Notes: a model not told the origin generated them from the letters alone. 64,000 nucleotides of DNA from Eledone cirrhosa (GCA_964016885.1 OZ024741.1:37758001-37822000), one strand, 5' to 3'. Shown: positions 27,625 to 40,365, counted from the stretch's first letter. A program made the numbers and translations.

Positions 27625-27845
27625 TGTTTTCTCTTTCTCTTAATTTCGAGTATATTTTTTTGACCGGCCACCTTCCTGGTGGCAAGGTTGTAAAAGAAAA
27701 GAAATTGTCATCCCTTGAATCGCAAGAATGTTTTGCAAATTTTGAAGGTGCCAGCTATCGCAGCCATTTATAGACTGTGAATTAGGGAGCTGCGCTTTTT
27801 GTCCGCAAATCCAAGTTCAGTCATACTTTGGTCCAAGCGGGTTGG
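27625..27845 (-). mobile_element. Short 3' end of the same R4-like LINE family as 25870-27030
   Basis: Shares ggcaaggttgtaaa.gaaaa, gaatcg.aagaatgtttt and atactttggtcca; flanked by (ATGT)n. Confidence 0.75.
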
Positions 27846-27997
27846 TATGTATGTATGTATGTATGTATGTATGTATGTATGTATGTATGTATGTATGTAT
27901 GCATGTATGTATGCATGTATGTATGAATGTATGCATATATTTACATATGTCTGTCTGTTTGTATGTATGTGTGTTTATATGTATCTGCCTGCATATA

Positions 27998-28090
<93 letters not shown>

Positions 28091-28115
28091 GTAACGTATT
28101 TTTATACATTTATTT

Positions 28116-28209
<94 letters not shown>

Positions 28210-28210
28210 T
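27846..28210. repeat. Compound (ATGT)n/(TA)n/(CA)n microsatellite
   Basis: Direct reading. Confidence 0.95.
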
Positions 28211-28515
28211 TTTTACGTACATGCATATACATATATGTTAGTGTGTGTACATAAAACATCATGTTGTATGAGAAAACAATGAAATGAAAATGCGTTGTAA
28301 AGAGTCTCGGTTGAGTATCAAATGGAATGCTAATCTTATGTAAATCAAAAGGAGTGCTTTTAGTCATGTAAAGCATGGTGTATGACAATAATATAGTGTT
28401 TTAACCTACTGTTATTCACATAATAGAGTTAACATGGCTCCATTACATATTGTTACAGCCAACTGTTTCAATATGAGCTGTAAGAAATACATTTATTGAT
28501 AGAGGATTTATGAAG

Positions 28516-28810
28516 TGGAGGCCTCCCATTTAACTCCAGACAGCATTTAGTGGAGAGCTCCCTTTTAACTGAAGATTACATGGAATGGAGAGTTCCCTTT
28601 TAACTGAAGATTACATGGAATGGAGAGTTCCCTTTTAACTGGAGACGACATTGAATGGAGAGCTCTTTTTAAATTGGGGACTACATGAAATGGAGAGTTC
28701 CCTTTTAGCTAGAGAATATGTGGAATGTTGTGATCCCTTTTAGCTGGTCATGGAATTGAGTGGAAAGGTCTCTTTTAGTGAAGATGGCATTGAGGGGAGA
28801 TATCCCTACT
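28516..28810. repeat. Degenerate ~35-bp minisatellite
   Basis: Unit tggagagttcccttttaactgaagattacatggaa, about 8 diverged copies. Confidence 0.85.
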
Positions 28811-28818
28811 GTATAGAG

Positions 28819-29101
28819 CAGGCATGTCAAACATGTGGCCCGCAGGTCGCATGAAGCCCTTTACAAGCACATCTACGGCCCGCACAAAGGTTTTTTACAG
28901 CGCAAGCATGTTTTATTTTCGTAATATAAAATTAAAAAAAGTTAGTTGTAATGTGTGCAATTAGTTGTCATGTGTGGCCCTCAGACAACACATATGTGAC
29001 CCATGTGGCCCTCAGACAACACATATGTGACCCATGTGACCCTCAGACAACACATATGTGACCCATGTGGCCCTCGGTGGACCCTCAGTTTAACATGCCT
29101 G
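28819..29101. mobile_element. hAT-type MITE
   Basis: TIRs caggcatgtcaaac / gtttaacatgcctg; perfect 8-bp TSD gtatagag (28811-28818 and 29102-29109); internal 31-bp tandem repeat. Confidence 0.92.
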
Positions 29102-29242
29102 GTATAGAGTGTAGACTTTGGAGATTAATACAAATATAAATTAGCGAGAATCGTATTTCGGCTATTGGAAATTAGCGAAAAACAACTTCCGAGATGTGTG
29201 GCAAGCGCTCCATAGTACCTAGTGAACTAGAGCAACAACGTA

Positions 29243-29299
<57 letters not shown>

Positions 29300-29301
<2 letters not shown>

Positions 29302-29851
29302 TAAATCTACCAAGAGTTTACGGTAGTGTCCAATCCGTATGAAGAACTCAATGTAATCCGGATATCATGGAAAGAAGAGATGCATTCAAAAATCACTTTC
29401 GGTTTAAGATAAACGAAATACAGAGTCAAGATAAAATATTAAAAAAATAATGAATAAAACAATGAAACAGTTCCTTATATTAAACAAAAAAAGTTCATTA
29501 TTTAACGATCGTTTCTAGGACATATATGTGTTAGAATTGGCATGCATATTCAACAGGTCTATGTACAAAATTATACAAAATTATACAAACTATCAAATTT
29601 AATATACATACCAACACATATATATGCCGTCTTCAGAAATAATAATTATTATTTCTGAAGACGGCATATATATGTGTTGGTATGTATATTAAATTTGATA
29701 GTTTGTATAATTTTGTATAATTTTGTACATAGATCTGTTGAATATGCATGCCAATTCTAACACATATATGTCCTAGAAACGATCGTTAAATAATGAACTT
29801 TTTTTGTTTAATATAAGGAACTGTTTCATTGTTTTATTCATTATTTTTTAA

Positions 29852-29860
<9 letters not shown>
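29300..29860. mobile_element. Fold-back PLE-like 3' end: 430-bp spacerless palindrome (29431-29860) between (TA)n tracts
   Basis: Axis 29645/29646 in aataa|ttatt; about 2 mismatches; the left arm extends a further 130 bp to (TA)n; hammerhead motif on both strands. Confidence 0.85.
29648..29794 (+). ncRNA. Type I hammerhead ribozyme motif (mirror copy on - strand at 29497-29643)
   Basis: Stem I attattt, CTGAAGA, long stem II (atatatgtgtt/aacacatatat), GAAAC-GATC-GTT, then stem I aaataat. Confidence 0.7.
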
Positions 29861-29899
<39 letters not shown>

Positions 29900-29907
29900 C
29901 ATACATA

Positions 29908-30363
29908 CATGGTGGCTGCCAACTCGTTTTCGAGTACGGCCACTGCTTTATATCCATGTAGGAGAACCCCTACCAATGCGCTGAACGAGTGTGACTTTTT
30001 AGTCCAGCCAGCGACTTGAAAACTCTGGTACAAACACTACACCTGTGACAATTATTGACACATAGTGCTGGGCCCATGGTACCATGTGACGACAAGTGCA
30101 GAGAGATCTCCAGATATAAAGCAATGCCTGTGCTGTGAAGCTTTTATAGTGAGCAAAGGCACTGCACAAAGCCAGTCCCACTCTCTTAACCAAGATGATA
30201 TTTACCAAAAAGAAGAATAATTCAACATCATTGGATACCATCAGGGTTGCAGGTGTTATATCAGAGTTTTCCTTCTCCTAGAATTCTGCCTTGACAAAGG
30301 CTAAGGGGTCATCTCTCCCGGTGATTTTGGATGGCTATTGACTCTTAAGAGCCCCTTTGCCTT
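29908..30363 (-). mobile_element. Short non-autonomous RTE derivative, apparently full length (~455 bp)
   Basis: Longer inverted copy of 27115-27530; (ATGT)n/(ACAT)n at both ends. Confidence 0.75.
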
Positions 30364-30391
30364 ACATACATACATACATACATATATATAT

Positions 30392-30862
30392 ATAGTGAAA
30401 GAGTGAAGAATAACGTGGTCAACAGTACAAAAGGAGTTTTATTTACAGTATTAACAATTGTTTCATTGATTAGGATGTCTAAAAATTGCTAATCACTTGA
30501 AGTTCTGTCACTCAATCTAAAATACAGTGTATGCCTAATCAAATCATCGATGATTTGATTAGGCATACACTGTATTTTAGATTGAGTGACACAACTTCGA
30601 GTGATTAGCAATCTTTAGACATCCTAATCAATGAAACAATTGTCAATACTGTAAATAAAACTCCTTTTGTACAGCCAACCATGTTATTCTTCACTCTTTC
30701 ACTATTATTACTCCAAGAATGACCAGCATAGGAATTCCCGCGAACTCGCCACCTAACTAAGGAAACCTCTTCTTGAGTCAAACAACACCGTACGTTAAAA
30801 CTATCTACAATACAGGGTACTCACAACCTCTAACTGGATACCTATAACGATAATTTCTTATC
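30392..30862. mobile_element. Fold-back PLE-like 3' end: 314-bp palindrome (30392-30705) plus a unique tail
   Basis: Axis 30548/30549 in aaatcatc|gatgattt; several mismatches. Hammerhead remnant GATGA-ttgattagg..cctaatcaa-GAAAC-AATT-GTC. Same family as 50123-50325. Confidence 0.8.
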
Positions 30863-31751
30863 CCCCCCCCCCCCACACATATATATATATATATATGTAG
30901 GAGGTGAGTATTATTGTAGTACAATAAAGCAATGCAGATATCGGATAAGAAGCACTCTACAGTTTGTGGGACTGGAGTATGCATAATATAAGATCAAAAG
31001 ATGGTTAAAGGAGTTCAATATATTTTATTATGCGCATTTCAAAAACAAACATCATCAAGCAATAATATTTGTGTTTTCATCAGATAAAACAGGAGAACAT
31101 GATATGAAGGCTAAAAAACACTTGTTGATAGTGCAGTTTTAAATCAACATATGAAAAGTGGTTTTAGATTGATGTGTGATATTGGGAAAAATATTTTATT
31201 TAGAGAGGGGGGGGAAGGATGAAAAGGGAAGGAGATGAGAGGGAGAGATGGGTGATAGAGAGAAAGAGATAGTTTTTATAACTGAGAGGAGATATATTTT
31301 TTACATAGAGGGGTTGAAAACCGTTGGAAGATACTGTATAAATTAAAAATTTTGAAAATTAACGAAGGGAGGATATGTGCGAGGAAAAAATATTTTATTT
31401 AGGGAGGGGGGTGGAAAGGATGAAAAAAAGGGGAGAGGAGATGAGAGTGAAGGTGGAGAGGGAGAGATGGGTGATAGAGAGAAAGAGATAGTTTTTATAA
31501 CTGAGAAAAAGATATATTGTTTTAATATAGAGAGGTTGGGAACCGTTGGAAGATAATGTATAAATTAAAGGAATTTGAAAATGAACGAAGGGAAATTATG
31601 TATGAAGATAGAGAGAAAAAAATAATAATTGTGGGTGAATATTCTAACGTCAAAAGAAGAAATGTATGTATTTTGGCAATTTCAAAATTAGCGAAGAGAA
31701 AAATTGTTAAGGTTTGTGTGTAGAAGGATTTGAGAAAAATAATGTGAAGTT

Positions 31752-31923
31752 TTCTTCTGCATCCTCATACTTGAACAGCTCTCTATCTAAAATCTGTAAT
31801 CTCTGCCTAAATGAAAAATTTACCATTATCTCTAACCTAGATTCTATAATAAATAGACGCTCAGATTTGTTTTCTATCTGCCTGCATAAATTCCATAGAA
31901 CTTTTCACAAAGTATACAGTTAA
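31752..31923 (+). pseudogene. C-terminus of a PLE GIY-YIG endonuclease ORF
   Basis: SKICNLCLNEKFTIISNLDSIINRRSDLFSICLHK matches the CxLCL.EK..I....N.R.E....C.H end of PLE endonucleases (recognised from memory, not searched). Confidence 0.75.
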
Positions 31924-32922
31924 TATTCAATTCTTTATCAATTTAGAATCTTTTCTCAAAGGCACATATACATACACCTCTTTAAAATATACCCATCTAC
32001 CTTACTTTAAAGGGCATTATACACTCTATAATACTCGTTTACTCATTACCCTCATTCTATCTTTCTCGTAAAATAATAACATTTGTTTTTGACATTTTGA
32101 ATATTCATCCGCAATCATTATTATTTTTTCTCTCTATCATAAATCTTTTTAATCTCAATTTCATCCTTAATTTATTATTATTTTTTTCTCCCCATCAACG
32201 AACTCATTATTAATACATATTAACTATTTATTCGTACATATTATTAATTCAATATACAAACTTTAACTTCACATTATTTTTCTCAAATCCTTCTACACAC
32301 AAACCTTAACAATTTTTCTCTTCGCTAATTTTGAAATTGCCAAAATACATACATTTCTTCTTTTGACGTTAGAATATTCACCCACAATTATTATTTTTTT
32401 CTCTCTATCTTCATACATAATTTCCCTTCGTTAATTTTCAAATTCCTTTAATTTATACATTATCTTCCAACGGTTCCCAACCTCTCTATATTAAAACAAT
32501 ATATCTTTTTCTCAGTTATAAAAACTATCTCTTTCTCTCTATCACCCATCTCTCCCTCTCCACCTTCACTCTCATCTCCTCTCCCCTTTTTTTCATCCTT
32601 TCCACCCCCCCCTCCCTAAATAAAATATTTTTTCCTCGCACATATCCTCCCTTCGTTAATTTTCAAAATTTTTAATTTATACAGTATCTTCCAACGGTTT
32701 TCAACCCCTCTATGTAAAAAATATATCTCCTCTCAGTTATAAAAACTATCTCTTTCTCTCTATCACCCATCTCTCCCTCTCATCTCCTTCCCTTTTCATC
32801 CCCCCCCTCTCTAAATAAAATATTTTTCCCAATATCACACATCAATCTAAAACCACTTTTCATATGTTGATTTAAAACTGCACTATCAACAAGTGTTTTT
32901 TAGCCTTCATATCATGTTCTCC

Positions 32923-32993
32923 TGTTTTATCTGATGAAAACACAAATATTATTGCTTGATGATGTTTGTTTTTGAAATGCGCATAATAAAATA
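32923..32993 (+). ncRNA. Type I hammerhead ribozyme motif (mirror copy on - strand at 31021-31091)
   Basis: tgttttat-CTGATGA, stem II aaacacaaatatt/gatgtttgttttt, GAAA-TGCGCA-TA, then ataaaata. Confidence 0.8.
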
Positions 32994-33023
32994 TATTGAA
33001 CTCCTTTAACCATCTTTTGATCT

Positions 33024-33079
<56 letters not shown>

Positions 33080-33394
33080 TTTTAACCGTTGGTCAATCAT
33101 AATCTATAAAGCTCAGTGTGTGGTCATGCTCCTTCGTTATAGAAATCTACGATATAGAATTTCTTCAATTGAAATTTACAATTCAGTATTCGAAATAGTT
33201 TCGATTGCGTCTTGACGCAGATAATTTTTTCAATTTCTCCCACAATTACGCAAAAAATAGATAAAACTCAATATTTTACGATTTTTCTCTCTCATTTAAA
33301 CTGCTGAACTCTTTCTACTACCATTCAAAATCTATACAACTTCATACTTTCTGCTACTTTCTCTTTCCAAGCTTGATGGTGATACTGTCCGTTC

Positions 33395-33708
33395 ACACCA
33401 CTCCCTACTGTCTTAAATTTAGAAAACACATATCCTCTATGAGGTTACTAAACCTGCTAGAAACAGCAGCTAACTCTCCCCCATATCACACCCCTCCCTA
33501 CTGTCTTAAATTTAGAAAACATATCTTCTATGAGGTCACTAAACCTGCTAGAAACAGCAGCTAACTCTCCCCCATATCACACCACTCCCTACTGTCTTAA
33601 ATTTAGAAAACACATATCCTCTATGAGGTCACTAAACCTGCTAGAAAGAACAGCTAACTCTCCCTCATATCACAACCCTCCCTACTGTCTTAAATTTAGA
33701 AAACACAC
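33395..33708 (+). repeat. ~92-bp tandem repeat (about 3.5 units) derived from a SINE-like segment
   Basis: Unit cctactgtcttaaatttagaaaacacatatcctctatgaggtcactaaacctgctagaaacagcagctaactctcccccatatcacac; a related single copy lies at ~20930-21010. Confidence 0.9.
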
Positions 33709-33942
33709 AGACAACCATGCAGAACAACTCCATCGCAGCTCTGTTGTTCGGCTGGCATCGTCTACGCGCGTGTTGCGCAAGTACTGTGAAACAATAAATT
33801 TCAACACTTTTTTGCACAGAGATAATATCCATAGGCGAAACTACAATTGTCACTGCTGGCGCAGCTCATGCTTCCAGGTCTGCAATTCATTCACCCATTT
33901 TGTTGAAAGCACAAGTGAAGCCATTTTTTCTTCCCCCCTGTC

Positions 33943-33984
<42 letters not shown>

Positions 33985-34775
33985 CATGGAATGAAGCTTG
34001 TCAAATAGAATGGACACAGCTTCGGTCGTTTCCTCACTCACTCAATAATTTAATTATGTCCGAATTTATTAAAATTCGATCCCAACCGATTAGAGTGTAC
34101 ATTTAAACGTTAATCAATGAGGAAGACAACTTCGTGTGGGTAGGAAATTTATATATATACCCAAACATATCTATAATCTATACAAACAGGAGTATATAAA
34201 ATGTGGTTGCGCAGAGGTCGTAGTTGAAAATAGCAATACAATTAATAAACATGCCGTCTCATTGCATAATGTTCTGGACGAGTTAATTACTTTAATTAGA
34301 AGTAATTAAACCCTGCAAAACGAATCAAGTTAATTTCAAACAACCAAACAAGTTTCAATTTCAAAAGAGATATATTATAAATGAAACAAACATCTCTCAT
34401 AATAATAGAGAGTTAACGAGGAAACCTCTAGAGTTTGAGGGAGGGAGAAATATCTATAACACGAGACGTGGAGGAATCTGTAGCACTAGGGTGTGAGTAA
34501 CCTGCACAGTCTGAGGAAGGGGAGGTGTTATGTAGTACCAGGGAGTAAGGATCCTATATAGTCCGGGGAAGAGGGAAGGGTTCTGTAGTAAAAGGGAGTG
34601 AGGAACCTGCACAGTCCTGGGGTAGCGGTGGGGGGGGGGGGGGAGTCCGTAGTACCAGGTAGTGAGAAACCTGCACAGATCTGGGGGCTTTGATAATCAG
34701 GGCTTGAGGAACCTGGACAATCAGGGCGAGGAGCACTGTAGCTCCAGGGATGAAGAACCTACATAGTGGTGGAGG

Positions 34776-34859
<84 letters not shown>

Positions 34860-34864
<5 letters not shown>

Positions 34865-35034
34865 GTTTTTACTTAAATCTGCTCCCATGTAAACAAGTCT
34901 ATCCGAGAAGATCCGCTAAGGTGAAACAATTGTTCTCGGTATGGTGAACTAACTGTTGTGTTATTACTTCTACCAAACTCGTCCCATGGACTGAGTGCTC
35001 TATCACTACAGATATTACCTTCCAGTGTTCTACG

Positions 35035-35116
<82 letters not shown>

Positions 35117-35184
35117 CGTAGAACACTGGAAGGTAATATCTGTAGTGATAGAGCACTCAGTCCATGGGACGAGTTTGGTAGAAG

Positions 35185-35189
<5 letters not shown>
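34860..35189. mobile_element. PLE-like 3' end with tail-to-tail inverted copy (arms 34962-35034 and 35117-35189)
   Basis: 73-bp perfect arms around (TC)n(TA)n(GA)n; upstream degenerate hammerhead ccgag-AAGA..GAAAC-AATT-GTT-ctcgg; (TA)n flanks. Confidence 0.75.
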
Positions 35190-35222
<33 letters not shown>

Positions 35223-35404
35223 TTATAATAAGGGTTTAGATCGATATCCAGTGATTTACTACCAAACGTTTCAAGTCAGTACCATTATCCCCGTGTGGCA
35301 TTAACTGCTAGTCGGTCAGCAAAAGGCAAACAGAAATAACAATGCAAACGACACAGAACAATGAAAAAGTATATTAGTTTAACGCTTGATATAGTAGCAA
35401 AAGA

Positions 35405-35442
35405 GTCTTAACGTTTCGGATGCTAGGCTTTCCTCAGAAGAT
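35405..35442 (-). ncRNA. Minimal hammerhead-like motif
   Basis: Minus strand atctt-CTGAGGA-aagcctagcatcc-GAAACGTT-aagac; stem II is weak. Confidence 0.5.
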
Positions 35443-35641
35443 AGAATGAGAAATATAAGATGAAATAGAAAGATAGAGAGTGTAAAAGAGGAAGGAATGG
35501 AAAAACTAATCTGAGAAAAACACGTGTGTGTTCAGTCAGTCAGTTTGGAGAATAAAATGTGTGTGTGCAGGCATGTATATATACCGCGCATGCACACACA
35601 CACACACATATATATATATATACATCTCTCTCTATTTATAT

Positions 35642-35674
<33 letters not shown>

Positions 35675-36359
35675 AAAATATATATATGTATGTATGTATG
35701 TATATATGTGTATACGTATTTATACACACACACACACATATATATATATGTGTGTGTATAAATACGTATATATATATATATATATATTATTTTTAATATG
35801 TATATACACATGTGTATATGTGCGCGAGTGTGTATATATACACATGCACGCACACATACATATGTATATATGCAAATATATGTTTACACTCTATATGCCG
35901 GAAATACTACACTGGAAGGAAGCTTCAGCACATATTTGCATTCATCCGCCATTTTGAAAATGTGTATAACCCAATCTTACGGCTGAGTGAGCTTAAGTGG
36001 AGTGGAAAATAAGAAAATTGCGTTTCTCTAGATTGCCGTGTCAGGTAAGAGGCATGAATCAGTATATATTCATTCGCCTTATGTCTATAACCCAGCTTTG
36101 TTATCAAGTGTACATCAATTAATCAGATTTACTGAGAACAATCGTTGTTATAAAACTCTTCTTTTTTTTTTATTAAGTATATTAGTTATAAGTAAGTGCA
36201 TGTTTATTCTCCGGCACCTTTTCCTCGTTTAACTTCGGGCGAAACACAATTTTCATTGTAATTATTACACTTGTTGAGTAGTATGTGCTAAAACTATTCC
36301 AATTTATGAATTCTGCTGCTATTGCTGGTATTAATAATAATGTTTTTTTTTTTTTTTAG

Positions 36360-37870
36360 TTTAGCACAAGGTCAGCAATATAGAAAAGGCGAGGGGTATA
36401 TTCGATTATAACGATCTCGGTACTTACGTAACCAGTATTTTATTGTATCGACTTGGCAAAGCTGACCTCGGTAGATTTCTATTCGGAACGAAAAGTGCCG
36501 TAGCTAAATAACGTAAAAAATTCCATCCGACATTGTAAGGGTTTTTCCAAGACACCGTTGAGGATTTATATCGAATAATGGCGGGGTCGGGTAGCAATAC
36601 AGAAACATTCTCGAACAAATAGAACAAACAGTACTGAACAAAGAAGGAAACAGGGAAAGGATCTCCTTAAAGATGAATAAAAACAATAATAATTGTTTCT
36701 ACTTTTGGCACAAGGCCAGCAAATTACCCAGTGTATTACTGGTACTTTATTTTATCGACCCCGTAAGGATGAAAGGTAAAGTTAACCTTGGCGGGATTTG
36801 AACTCAGAATGGCAAGGGCCGTAACTCTATGCGTCAAAGCATGGCGCCCGACCCTCTACCGATACTGCCAATCCACCGCCCTTGAATAAAAACAATAGTA
36901 ATAATGAAAATTGAAATATAAATAGAAGGCTTGGCCGTAACATTTGATTAAAAAAATATTCTAATAACTGGGTGTATAAATCCACTGAATGGAAAAAAGT
37001 GGGTGTCAGCACATCTTTTCCTGTTCAATGGGATTATACACCCCGTTATTAGACTGTTATTTAGTCAAATGTTACGGCGAAACTCTATTTATATTTCAGT
37101 TTTCAAACCTCGCTGGCCGCTTTCTAAACATACTTCCTTTGTTTAATAATAATAATTGTTTCTACTTTTTGGCACAAGGCCAGCAATTACTGGTACTTTA
37201 TTTTATCGACCCCGTAAGGATGAAAGGCAAAGTTAACCTCGGCGGGATTTGAACTCAGAATGGCAAGGGCCGTAACTCTATGCGTCAAAGCATGGCATCC
37301 GACTCTCTACCGATACTGGGTTTCTGATTTAAGCACAAAGCCAACAATTTAGGGGAGAGGAAAGTCGATTAAGACGACTCCAGTACATTACTGGTACTTT
37401 AATTTATCGACCCCGTAAGGATGAAAGGCAAAGTTAACCTCAGCGGGATTTGAACTCAGACTGTAAAGAAACTAAGCAAATACTGCAAAGTGTTTCCCCA
37501 ACGCTCTAATGACTCCGCCAGTCCCCCGCTCTTGATAATTTTCAATTTAGGTACAAAGCCAACAATTTGGGGAGGGAAGGGAAATCAATAAAATCGCGGC
37601 CCGTACTTGATAGGTACATTACTTTAGCATCTCTGGAAGGATGAAATACAAAATTAACCTGGTGGGATTTGAACTCAGGACGTTAACAGCCACAACAAAT
37701 GCCTCAAAACATTTCTTCCGACGTTCTGACAATTCTGGGAGTCCTTTAAGCACAAGGATAACATTTATTTTTCTTACAGGGTTATCTATTAATCCCAGAA
37801 GGATGAAAGGCAAAGGTGACTTCGGCTGGATTTGACCCATGAATGTAAGAACCTTTACTAAACTCTGCAA
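36360..37870 (-). mobile_element. Cluster of about 6 co-oriented Meta-domain SINEs
   Basis: Repeated actggtactttattttatcgaccccgtaaggatgaaaggcaaagttaacctcggcgggatttgaactcagaa at ~36.4, 36.7, 37.2, 37.4, 37.6 and 37.8 kb. Confidence 0.9.
36905..37105. mobile_element. ~200-bp imperfect palindrome (MITE-like)
   Basis: tgaaaattgaaatataaataga..gccgtaacatttga..ctaataac.gggtgtataa mirrored by ttatacaccccgttattag..tcaaatgttacggc..tctatttatatttcagttttca. Confidence 0.75.
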
Positions 37871-38813
37871 TGATAGTGTTAGTTGAATTTATTGCCACAC
37901 GGCGGCGCTTGAAGGGACATTACATTGATAAATTATGAAACTATAACGAGTTTATATTCTGTATGGAAAATAGACGTAAGACAATAAACATGTTAGTGAG
38001 TGTTGGATCTCCATCGGTTGCGACGATAACTGTTCCAGTTGTTAGAATAACAAAATTGACTGCTCATGAAATTGTTGTGTAAGTGGTTGATCATTCCACA
38101 AACACGTGTACGCTCAACGTAGTTCTCAGGGAGATTTAGCATGACAGTGTTTGACAAGGGTGACCTTTGAATTACAGGTACGACTTTTGTTTCAGTTGTG
38201 TGAACGGGTGTAACGTAAAATCGAACAATCCTATAATCGTAAACCGAACACCCTAACCACTAAGCTACCCGCCAAACTATGGGCAGTCACCTAAAACTAA
38301 TCAAATATTTCCTCATCTTAAACACCACTAATATACTTAAACCCCCCCCCCCCCCCCCCACCACCACCACCACACACACACATACACATATACATACACA
38401 CACATTTTATCCTTCATTAAGAATATGCTTTAAGAAAAATATATAATGAAAATAAAACAAAATTGCGCCAACATGGTTGTGTGGTTTGGGGTTCAGTCCC
38501 ACAGCGTGGCACTTGGGTCAATTGTCTACTACTACAGCATCGGATTGACCTTGAAATTTGGTAGACAGAAACTAACTATAGAAGCCAGGTGCGCGCGCAC
38601 ACACACACATATATATATATATATCGACAGTCGATCGACTTACGTCAAATCGGACCGAGGAAACAATGTTTCCGTTGGTCTTTCCAATTGCTAATACTAT
38701 CTATCGGTCGCAACTACAGGTAGAATGAGCAAGGACATAATGCATCGCCCGAGCCAGGAATCGAGCTCATAACCTCACGATTGCGAATCCAATTATTTAA
38801 CCACTCGGCCACG

Positions 38814-38922
<109 letters not shown>

Positions 38923-39065
38923 TGTGTGTGTGTGTCCATTTATGTTGACATCTCTTACAAAACTGTTGGTGCTGGCGTTTTGTGTTGAATTATTTTTTAG
39001 AAAGGTGAATACGGCGCTCTAACGACTCTATCATGAGTTACGGGACCATAACATATAAGTTTATT

Positions 39066-39240
39066 AAGGCTAAATAGTGAGTCTTGTTACTCTGGAGTTA
39101 CGCCTGTTTATCAGGGGGTCATCAGTTAAACAAGTGAAAATCCAGTGTAACAAGACTCACCATTTAACCTTATTTAAATGAATATTAAAGCTCTACTTCG
39201 GCATTGAGTACTCTTTTCTCTCAACCGTCAACCACATACG
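39066..39240. mobile_element. Old fold-back PLE-like end (imperfect inverted repeat 39066-39172)
   Basis: taaggctaaatagtgagtcttgttactctgga / tccagtgtaacaagactcaccatttaacctta; the tail tacttcggcattgagtactc..tcaaccgtcaac before (TA)n is shared with 61950-61985. Confidence 0.55.
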
Positions 39241-39335
39241 GATATATATATATATATATAAAACAAAAAAAGTGGGGTTAGGAACCAGGTGGGCCATAAC
39301 GCACCAGCGTACTCGATACTTACTAAGTGGGTAAT

Positions 39336-39377
<42 letters not shown>

Positions 39378-39706
39378 AAAGTATGTCCATAGAATCAATT
39401 GATAAGATATATACACCATCTCCTCTCCCAATTAGTATAATCAACCACACTAAATCCAATTAAACCAGGCTATAAGATTAAAAGGCACCTATGAAGAAAT
39501 AATAGATAAATAAACGACAGCCATCTATTCGCGATCAACAGCTATAGAATATTTACCCAGCATTTCAATATATATATAGTTGTTGTAGCGTTGCAATTAA
39601 ATGCATCCGTAGGCGGTATGCCGTTTGAGCACTCGATGCTCGCACAGAGCAGAGTATATTATTATAGATAACGAGGAATAAGTACTGCATCAAATCACAA
39701 TTTATT

Positions 39707-39800
39707 AACATACTACATATGTTTCTCCGACGATCAACTGAAAGCAGGATCTATTACAGATCGAACCCGACTCTGCATTCGCAAGTTCCTCAGATACGTC
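39707..39800 (-). ncRNA. Type I hammerhead ribozyme motif in a PLE-like end abutting (TA)n at ~39578
   Basis: Minus strand gacgtat-CTGAGGA ... GAAAC-ATAT-GTA-gtatgtt; stem I closes fully when G-U pairs are allowed. Confidence 0.7.
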
Positions 39801-39842
39801 TTGTGTATTTAAAGCATTCCATCCGATTATATATAATACATC

Positions 39843-40365
39843 GAAGGCCATCTGCAATTGTATTCAAGTTTATTTTCCTCTCCATGATATATATGTAGCT
39901 GCGGTTGACGGCTGAGTAGTTTTCTTCCAACCCACCTCCACTGGTCTTCGCTCGTCAGAGGATGTAAAAATCTTTAAACAATTTCACAAAAAATTAAAAA
40001 AATAAAAAAAAATTTGCATAAAAAATTCACCTAAAAATCTAAGCGGAAGTGACGTGAGGCGGGGATTGAGAAAACCCACACTTCCGCCACAGCACTAGGG
40101 GTCATCATACTAGGGCCGGCTGGCATAGAAACATCAACACACACAACCGGTTCCTTCTATCATAAAAAATTAAAAAATTTTCCAGGAATTTTTTTTTAGG
40201 AATTAAGAAGAAAAATTAAGTTGTGTGAAATTGTTAAATATTTTTTTATACCACCTAACGAGCTCGGGCTGGTGGAATAGGAAGAAAACTACTTAGCTAT
40301 CGTCCTCAGTGAAATATGTATTATGGAGATGAAAATAAACCTGAATACAACTACATATGGCCTTC
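39843..40365. mobile_element. Old element with ~150-bp imperfect terminal inverted repeats (MITE/foldback)
   Basis: gaaggccat.tg..ttgtattca.gtttattttc.tctccat.at..gtagttttcttcc..aacaatttcaca is mirrored at the right end; no TSD identified. Confidence 0.7.

Larger units (their letters stand above)
30897..33031 (+). mobile_element. 5'-truncated Penelope-like element with inverted 3' repeat (arms 30983-31751 and 32265-33031)
   Basis: ~770-bp near-identical inverted arms around a 513-bp spacer that holds the ORF C-terminus; (TA)n on both sides; hammerhead in each arm; ~205-bp tandem duplication inside the UTR. Confidence 0.85.
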
